Origin: Zestosphaera tikiterensis
GTDB lineage: Archaea > Thermoproteota > Thermoprotei_A > Sulfolobales > NBVN01
Assembly: GCA_003056265.1 (NCBI GenBank)
Contig: NBVN01000004.1
Location: forward strand, 240,001 to 272,000
Direction: 5' to 3'
Length of the DNA: 32,000 nt
Positions 26,104 to 32,000 of this stretch are shown one piece after another. The notes below the pieces were generated by a model that was not told the DNA's origin, did not search any database, and saw only the letters and a program-made list of their open reading frames with translations. The translations under genes and the position numbers were made by a program. Within the stretch, counting starts at the first letter, position 1. Every line of letters starts with the position of its first letter.

Positions 26104-27159
26104 GTGAAGTTCGCGTTTATGTGTAGGGAGAGTAGAGGCGGTGGTCGAGGGAAGGTTGCCGTAGTTGGTGGTGGGCCGGCAGGGCTTGCCGCCGCAGGAT
26201 ATTTAGTTTGCTACGGCTATGAAGTAGACGTTTACGAGAAACTACCCTACGCAGGGGGCTTAATGACTTTCGCCATACCCCCGTATAGAATACCTAGGGA
26301 GAACATTATAGAGGGTGTTGAAGACCTGGAGAAGAACTTCAGCGTTAAATTCAACTACAGAACTAAGGTTTTCTGCGGTGATAAGGTTCGTCACGACGAA
26401 GGGGATGAATTCGTTCAGAATGTGTTAGACTTAACGAAGTTGGTTAACGAGTATGACGCGGTCTTAATAACGACTGGTATATGGTCGTCGAGGAAGTTGG
26501 GAGTTCCGGGTGAGGAAGCTCAAGGAGTTCTTACAGCGCTTGAATATACGTACGGTTGGTGGATTTACGACTCGGGGTTAAGCACTCATAAACCGCCCGT
26601 GGGTAAGAGGGTGGTTGTCGTTGGCGGTGGTTTCAGCGCTGTTGACGCAGCTGAAGTTTCCCATATGAAGGGTTCTAAGGAGGTTATACTAGCGTATAGG
26701 AGGACTATTAAGGAAGCCCCCGCTGGCGAGTATGAAATACGTAGGTTAATAGCTGAGGGGATTAAATGGATGGATTTAGTGCAGCCTACGAAGATAGTCG
26801 TTGAGAACGGTAGGGTTTCAGGCGTTGAGTTCGTTAAGATGAGGTTAGGCGCTCCAGACGAGTCTGGAAGGCCGAGACCCGAACCTATACCAGGATCTGA
26901 ATTCGTGCTTGAAGCAGACTTAGTTTTAGTTGCTGCTGGTGAGATACCCACACCACCCCTTGAAGGTGAGTGCGGAGGCATTAAAGTAGATAGGGGTAGG
27001 AGGGTAGTAGTTAATAGTAGGATGCAGACCAACGTTGAGAAGGTGTTCGCGGCTGGCGACGTAGTTACAGGGCCTTCGATGGTTGGTAAAGCCATAGGCA
27101 GCGGTCTTAAAGCAGCTACGAACATAGACATGTACCTCAGGTCTAAGAAGCTTGTTTAG
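26104..27159 (+). CDS. GltD/SudA-like FAD/NAD(P)-dependent oxidoreductase lacking the N-terminal Fe-S domain
   Basis: 351 aa with two dinucleotide folds (KVAVVGGGPAGLAAAGYL; RVVVVGGGFSAVDAA) and the C-terminal FAAGDVVTGPSMVGKAIGSG typical of glutamate synthase small-chain homologues. GTG start 8 nt after GGAGGG. Confidence 0.8.
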   Translation: MKFAFMCRESRGGGRGKVAVVGGGPAGLAAAGYLVCYGYEVDVYEKLPYAGGLMTFAIPPYRIPRENIIEGVEDLEKNFSVKFNYRTKVFCGDKVRHDEGDEFVQNVLDLTKLVNEYDAVLITTGIWSSRKLGVPGEEAQGVLTALEYTYGWWIYDSGLSTHKPPVGKRVVVVGGGFSAVDAAEVSHMKGSKEVILAYRRTIKEAPAGEYEIRRLIAEGIKWMDLVQPTKIVVENGRVSGVEFVKMRLGAPDESGRPRPEPIPGSEFVLEADLVLVAAGEIPTPPLEGECGGIKVDRGRRVVVNSRMQTNVEKVFAAGDVVTGPSMVGKAIGSGLKAATNIDMYLRSKKLV

Positions 27160-27180
27160 TTTTATCCGAGGTGAGTTGAG

Positions 27181-27672
27181 GTGGAGTCCATAAGTAGGAT
27201 GTACGGCGGTATGAACCGCGTGATTAACTACGAAGCATGTATAGGGTGCTTCACATGCGAGGAGGTATGTAAGTTCCTACATAACGGTGAGGCATACATA
27301 ACGCTCTACGAGGTTGGGGGAGGCCTTAACAAACCTATATCGTGCTTCCACTGCGCTAAAGCACCATGCGTTACCGCATGTCCCACAGGAGCGATGCATA
27401 GAGGGTCTGACGGGGCGGTAACCGTAGACATATCTAGATGTATAGGTTGTGGCGCATGCGTTGCCGCCTGCCCCTTCGGAATACCTACGATCGTACCGCC
27501 TGGTTACGCAAGCAAATGCGATTTATGCGAGCCTTTAAGGAAGGAAGGCCTTAACCCAGGTTGCGTGGCTATGTGCCCAACTAAAGCGATAGTTTGGGGG
27601 GACTACACAACCATAGCTAAGGAGTTAAGAGTTAGGGCTTTAAAGAAGTTGATCTACACGTCAGCACCTTAA
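27181..27672 (+). CDS. four-cluster [4Fe-4S] ferredoxin (CooF/HycB/DmsB-like)
   Basis: 163 aa with four Cys groups: CIGCFTCEEVC, CFHCAKAPCVTACP, CIGCGACVAACP, and CDLC...CVAMCP. Confidence 0.8.
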   Translation: MESISRMYGGMNRVINYEACIGCFTCEEVCKFLHNGEAYITLYEVGGGLNKPISCFHCAKAPCVTACPTGAMHRGSDGAVTVDISRCIGCGACVAACPFGIPTIVPPGYASKCDLCEPLRKEGLNPGCVAMCPTKAIVWGDYTTIAKELRVRALKKLIYTSAP

Positions 27673-27709
27673 GCTTACGTTCCCCCTGAAAATCAATTAT
27701 TTGAATACC

Positions 27710-28519
27710 TTAACTACGGTATGCTTCAATCAACTTACTGAGTATTGCGTCGTCGTAACCCACTAGAAGGCATTCAACCTTACTTATGTTTGTTAACGGT
27801 ATGTTATTTACGGGCGTTCCATCGCAAAGCGTTGCTTTAGCGTTTAAAGCCTCAGCTATCTTAAGTGCTGCCGCAACGTCAACGTTCCTTAACTTAGCTC
27901 TTATGTCTACGAACGCTTCAGCCCTACCTAAGCCTACGTAGATAATATCTAAAGCCGCACTACCTAGAGAACGTAGCGCCGCCCTACCCCCTCTAAACCT
28001 CCAGTACTTAGGCACTATGCTGTAAGCCTCGGGAGTTTCGAAATACCCTAAAAGCACGTTCGGAGGTTTAACCCTCCTCTCGGGCTTAACCCCATCGATT
28101 AAAACCCCCTCACCCTTAACGTATTCGTATGTGGTTTTCCTAAACACGTCTACAACTACGGCGTAGGTTACGTCGTTAAGCGTTACACCCTCCTCATACG
28201 GTGCTACAGCTATAGACACGGAAACCCAAGGAATTGAAGCTTCATAATTTACCGAACCGTCAACGGGGTCAACAACGAAAACCCACCTCCAACCCTCACC
28301 ACATGTTTTAACAACGCCTGACTCCTCACTAACTATAAGTAAGCACTCCCCCAACCCCCTCAAAACACCGAATATTATGTCCTCAGCCTCCTTATCGAAA
28401 GCCTTAGTGAAATCTCCTGAAGCGTTAGGTTTAAACACAGCTGAAGACCTAACACCACTCGTTAAATAATCTGAAACCTTCAAAGCAGCCTCCCTAACAA
28501 CCGACCACACCTTAAACAC
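27710..28519 (-). CDS. suhB: inositol monophosphatase / fructose-1,6-bisphosphatase family protein
   Basis: 269 aa with the metal-binding motifs SEESG and VVDPVDGSVNY plus the C-terminal GSAALD signature. GTG start. Confidence 0.85.
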   Translation of the reverse strand: MFKVWSVVREAALKVSDYLTSGVRSSAVFKPNASGDFTKAFDKEAEDIIFGVLRGLGECLLIVSEESGVVKTCGEGWRWVFVVDPVDGSVNYEASIPWVSVSIAVAPYEEGVTLNDVTYAVVVDVFRKTTYEYVKGEGVLIDGVKPERRVKPPNVLLGYFETPEAYSIVPKYWRFRGGRAALRSLGSAALDIIYVGLGRAEAFVDIRAKLRNVDVAAALKIAEALNAKATLCDGTPVNNIPLTNISKVECLLVGYDDAILSKLIEAYRS

Positions 28520-28692
28520 CGTTTAAAGAACGTATTGAGGCGATATTAACTTAACCACCTCGTCAACCGCTTGAATAGCCTTAGCAGTAACTCCTAAGCA
28601 ACTTAAGGTAGACTTAAACCTACCGCTGACTTAAGACTTTAGACTTTAAATAGTTAACGTCTTACGTAAGTGTCTAAACACATACATAGTTG

Positions 28693-28700
28693 TTTATAAG
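28693..28700 (+). promoter_or_regulatory. TATA-like box for the secretion ATPase operon (leaderless arrangement)
   Basis: tttataag is centred about 29 nt upstream of GTG 28725, with no Shine-Dalgarno sequence in between. Confidence 0.35.
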
Positions 28701-28724
28701 TCTTCTCGACGATGTTAATAGTAG

Positions 28725-30362
28725 GTGCATGTTTTGAGTTTTAAAGTTAGGTTGAAGTCCCTCTTTAGAAGAAGTGAGGATAAGGGTTTAAAGGGGGGTT
28801 TAGAGGGTTCCTCTGAAGTTGCTGTTGTGATGCCTGAGGTTAGACCTGCTCACGAACTCTTAAGTGTTAAGAGAGGTTTTAAAGTTGTTGAGTCTTACCC
28901 GATTCACGAACCCTTCGCATATATAAACATCGTTGAGGAGGAAGCAACCGGCAAGCTGTTTTACGAGGTTTACGAGATTTCATTAACTGAGGAGGAGAGG
29001 AGGATCTACGAGTCTTTAAAGGAGCACATCATATGGGAGTTGAAGCCCGTAGCTTCTTTAAACGTTGACGCAAGGAATGAAATCTTAAAAACAGCTAGGA
29101 ATGTGATGAGGGAGTTTCAACTTCGCTTCACTAGAACTCCATCGCTTTCGTGGAGTAAGCTAGCTTACTACATAGAGAAGGATCTACTCGGCTACGGAGT
29201 TCTTGAGCCTGTATTTAGGGATAGGCATATAGAAGACATCTCGTGTAATGGGCCTGGAAAGCCTGTCTACGTATGGCATAGGAAGTACGAGTCCCTACCC
29301 ACCAACATAGTGTTTAAAAACGAGTTGGAGCTCGATGAATACGTGCTTAAGTTAGCTCATATGGCAGGTAAACACATATCCGTTGCCTACCCAGTTCTCG
29401 ACGCCATACTTCCGGGAGGGCATCGAGTAGCCGCGACATTCACTAAGGAAGTCTCCACCTCAGGCTCTACATTCACCATAAGGAAGTTCAGCGAGTCCCC
29501 AATAACCATAGCCGACATGATAAGCTACGGAACTATATCCTCAGACTTAGCGGCTTACTTCTGGTTGGCTATGGATTATAAGATGACGGGCCTCATACTC
29601 GGCGTGACGGGCGCTGGTAAGACATCAACGTTAAACGCCTTAGCCACTTTATTAAGGCCCACATATAAAGTCGTAACTATTGAGGACACGCCTGAGTTGA
29701 GGCTACCCCTCGAGAATTGGGTGCAGTTGGTTTCCAGGCCTTCATACCTAGCCGGAGGTGTTGGTGAGGTCTCCCTATACCACTTAGTTAGGGTGTCGCT
29801 TAGGTATAGACCGGACGTAATCGTAGTCGGTGAGGTTAGGGGTGAGGAGGCTTACGTACTATTTCAAGCTATAGCTACAGGGCATTCAGGACTCACTACC
29901 TTACACGCGGAGAGCATTGACGCAGCTGTGAAGAGGCTTACCTCAAAACCTATGGATATTCCGGAGTCCTACATACCTTTAATTAACTTCGCCTTAGTGA
30001 TTAAGAGAGTATCCCTCGTTGATGAGAGGGGTAGGGTCAGACCCGCTAGAAAAATAACTAACGTTTGGGAGATCAGAGACTTCGGGGAGTATGAGGAGGT
30101 TGCTAGGTGGGACCCCGCTAGGAATAGGTTCGAGCTTAAGTTAGGGAGGAGTTTAGTCCTTCAGAAGATTTCAGACTTGACTGGAAAGCCTGTCGAGGCT
30201 TTAATGGATGAGTTAGCTTTAAGGAAAGCAGTTCTTGAGTGGTTAGTGGCTTCTAAGAAGACTGCCTATAGGGATGTAGCGACTTACATTCAGAAGTACT
30301 ACCTAAACCCGAAGAAGACTTTAGAGGAGTTGGGTGTGGCTCATGCCTTCACTACGGCGTAG
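28725..30362 (+). CDS. type II/IV secretion-family ATPase (FlaI/ArlI- or type IV pilus assembly ATPase-like)
   Basis: 545 aa with Walker A GVTGAGKTST, Walker B/Asp box DVIVVGEVRGEEA, and the His box TGHSGLTTLHA. Confidence 0.85.
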   Translation: MHVLSFKVRLKSLFRRSEDKGLKGGLEGSSEVAVVMPEVRPAHELLSVKRGFKVVESYPIHEPFAYINIVEEEATGKLFYEVYEISLTEEERRIYESLKEHIIWELKPVASLNVDARNEILKTARNVMREFQLRFTRTPSLSWSKLAYYIEKDLLGYGVLEPVFRDRHIEDISCNGPGKPVYVWHRKYESLPTNIVFKNELELDEYVLKLAHMAGKHISVAYPVLDAILPGGHRVAATFTKEVSTSGSTFTIRKFSESPITIADMISYGTISSDLAAYFWLAMDYKMTGLILGVTGAGKTSTLNALATLLRPTYKVVTIEDTPELRLPLENWVQLVSRPSYLAGGVGEVSLYHLVRVSLRYRPDVIVVGEVRGEEAYVLFQAIATGHSGLTTLHAESIDAAVKRLTSKPMDIPESYIPLINFALVIKRVSLVDERGRVRPARKITNVWEIRDFGEYEEVARWDPARNRFELKLGRSLVLQKISDLTGKPVEALMDELALRKAVLEWLVASKKTAYRDVATYIQKYYLNPKKTLEELGVAHAFTTA

Positions 30363-32000
30363 GAAGAAGGGTAAGGAACCTAAAGCTGGTGAAGTTAGGG
30401 AAGACCTTAAGAAGGTTGCGAAGCCTTGGGTTAAAGGACCTACGTTAGACGAGATCTTCACAGCTTTATCTCTAACGTTGTTTGAATCCTTAGGTAGGTC
30501 TTTAGCTAAGACTTTCGAGTTGGATAAAGCATTACTTAAAGCTGGTTTAAACGTCCACCCAACTATATACGCGGCTAAGACTTTAACGTTTACTGTTTTA
30601 GCCGCTATACTGTCGTTACTTCCAACAGCTGCGTTCATAGTTTTGATTCCAGCTAACATCATAGTTAAGGTTGTGTTGGTGGTTTTCGCGGCTGTAGTTC
30701 CTATCATGGTTTTTGCTTTAAGGCTTTCCTACCCGGCTTTAATAGCTTCAGATAGGAAGTCTGGGGTTGAGAACGAGCTCCCGTTCTTCATGGCTTACGC
30801 GTCAACCATGGTTAAAGCCGGTGTTAGCTTAGATAAGATTATTGAGAGGGTTGCCGAGCTTAAGGTGTTTAAAGCTTTAAGGGATGAGGCTAGGAGGGTA
30901 GTCACTAGGGTTAGGATGTTTGGCGACGACCCTGTCTCGGCGTTGGAGTACGTGGCTTCAAACCACCCAAGCACTAAGTTTAGGGACGTTATGTTGGGTT
31001 ACACAACGACTTTAAGGAGTGGTGGTGACGTAGTCCACTATATGGAGGTTAGGACTAGGGAGTTGTTTGAGGCTAGGATGGTTGAGACTAGGTTAATTAC
31101 TGAAAGGCTTGCTTCATTTCTAGAGCTTTACATAGTTTTAGGCGTGATTATGTCCGTAACGGTCTTCGTGTTCTTCGCTGTTTCCGGAACGCTTTCGGCG
31201 GTGTCCGCCGGGAGGACTACGGGTGTTGTTAGGGTTGATATAACTATGCCTTCACTATATAACTTCCTAGTCCTGCCTACCCTAGGGTTGGCGGTCTTAC
31301 TAATGATTCACTACTCCCAACCTAAAACCCCCGTTAAGGTTATGGAGCCTTACTACACTTTAATACCTTTAATACCTGTTGCTGTGTTAGCTTTCTACAT
31401 AACTTTAGCGATTACCGGAGGGTTAGGTGTGTTCAGAGGTGTTTTAGGTATTTCTGAGGTTAGGTCTTTAATAATAGCTAGTACCGTAGCTACATTACTT
31501 ACTTCAGTGCCTCCATGGCTTGTCTATAGGGGAGTTATGAAAGGGCATAAGGGGTTGATTAGCTCTACAGCTGATTTCCTAAGGGACTTAAGCGAGGTTA
31601 GGAAGACTGGATTAAGCCCTGAGAAATGTTTGATATCCCTATCTACGAGAGACTATAGGAACTTAACGCCTATAGTTAGTAAGGCTGGAGCTGCTTTATC
31701 GATAGGCTTAAGCCTTGAGGAATCCTTAAGGAGGGTTATTAAAGGCGTTAAAGAATGGTTCGTCATAGCTATCTTCAGATTCTTAACGGACTCCATAGTG
31801 GTTGGCGGCGGATCCCCCGAAATAGTTGATGCTTTAGCTAGATTCACTCAAAGCTTAAGCGAGTTGGAGGAGGAGATGAGGAGGAGGTTAAAAGCTTACG
31901 TATTCCTACCGTACTTCGGCACGGTAATGCTCGCATCAACACCTATAATGATTATAAACTTACTAGCCACGGCAGGCGGCGCAAACCCCGAAGCCTTAGC
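30343..32000 (+). CDS. FlaJ/ArlJ/TadC-like polytopic membrane platform protein (3' end outside window)
   Basis: ATG 30343 overlaps the ATPase gene end. The frame is open to the window edge (not in the ORF track because there is no stop). Translated by hand: MPSLRRRKKGKEPK..., with two T2SF-like repeats (ELPFFMAYASTMVKAGVSLDKII...; FLRDLSEVRKTGLSPEKCL...) separated by TM segments. Confidence 0.8.
   Translation, partial: MPSLRRRKKGKEPKAGEVREDLKKVAKPWVKGPTLDEIFTALSLTLFESLGRSLAKTFELDKALLKAGLNVHPTIYAAKTLTFTVLAAILSLLPTAAFIVLIPANIIVKVVLVVFAAVVPIMVFALRLSYPALIASDRKSGVENELPFFMAYASTMVKAGVSLDKIIERVAELKVFKALRDEARRVVTRVRMFGDDPVSALEYVASNHPSTKFRDVMLGYTTTLRSGGDVVHYMEVRTRELFEARMVETRLITERLASFLELYIVLGVIMSVTVFVFFAVSGTLSAVSAGRTTGVVRVDITMPSLYNFLVLPTLGLAVLLMIHYSQPKTPVKVMEPYYTLIPLIPVAVLAFYITLAITGGLGVFRGVLGISEVRSLIIASTVATLLTSVPPWLVYRGVMKGHKGLISSTADFLRDLSEVRKTGLSPEKCLISLSTRDYRNLTPIVSKAGAALSIGLSLEESLRRVIKGVKEWFVIAIFRFLTDSIVVGGGSPEIVDALARFTQSLSELEEEMRRRLKAYVFLPYFGTVMLASTPIMIINLLATAGGANPEAL

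Noticed and set aside
1-32000. CRISPR arrays, tRNA or rRNA genes, integrase or transposase ORFs
   Set aside because: Scanning by eye found no regularly spaced direct repeats, no T-loop or acceptor-stem patterns typical of tRNAs, no rRNA-like segments, and no ORF with recombinase or transposase motifs. The only repeat family is the non-coding hairpin-ended element.

Overview
Moderately AT-rich archaeal chromosomal segment, probably from a hyperthermophilic crenarchaeon (inference from an archaeal-type riboflavin synthase, a ThrRS with no recognisable N-terminal editing domain, TATA boxes about 25-30 nt upstream of start codons, and GC-rich RNA-like islands). No tRNA, rRNA or CRISPR array was recognised. 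Gene order: glutamate dehydrogenase 3' end; a decayed M29 aminopeptidase; riboflavin synthase; a secreted helical protein; a DUF457-like membrane protein; a P-type cation ATPase; TldD/PmbA; an interrupted radical-SAM gene; a MoaD/ThiS-like diglycine protein and ThrRS on the minus strand; a NOL1/NOP2/Sun RNA methyltransferase; a nucleotidyltransferase. A roughly 12-kb same-strand block follows (15.5-27.7 kb): a complete Mrp-type antiporter module (MrpF,G,B,C,E,D), a 290-bp gap, then a second MrpD-like subunit, a NuoH-like subunit, a fused NuoC-NuoD [NiFe] large subunit, NuoI-like and NuoB-like subunits, a GltD-like flavoprotein and a four-cluster ferredoxin. The window ends with an inositol monophosphatase-family gene and a FlaI/FlaJ-like type IV filament ATPase and platform pair. 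Main leads: (1) a hairpin-ended 270-330-nt non-coding element present at least twice, both copies inside ORFs, with ends resembling IS200/IS605-type non-autonomous elements and an interleaved-stem core; (2) a ~150-nt GC-rich structured island with a palindrome-rich promoter region inside the hydrogenase cluster; (3) sharp patchwork codon usage confined to the hydrogenase large-subunit and ferredoxin genes; (4) a cluster architecture suggesting an NAD(P)H-linked, Mrp-coupled membrane hydrogenase. All functional calls come from reading translated motifs by eye, with no database search.
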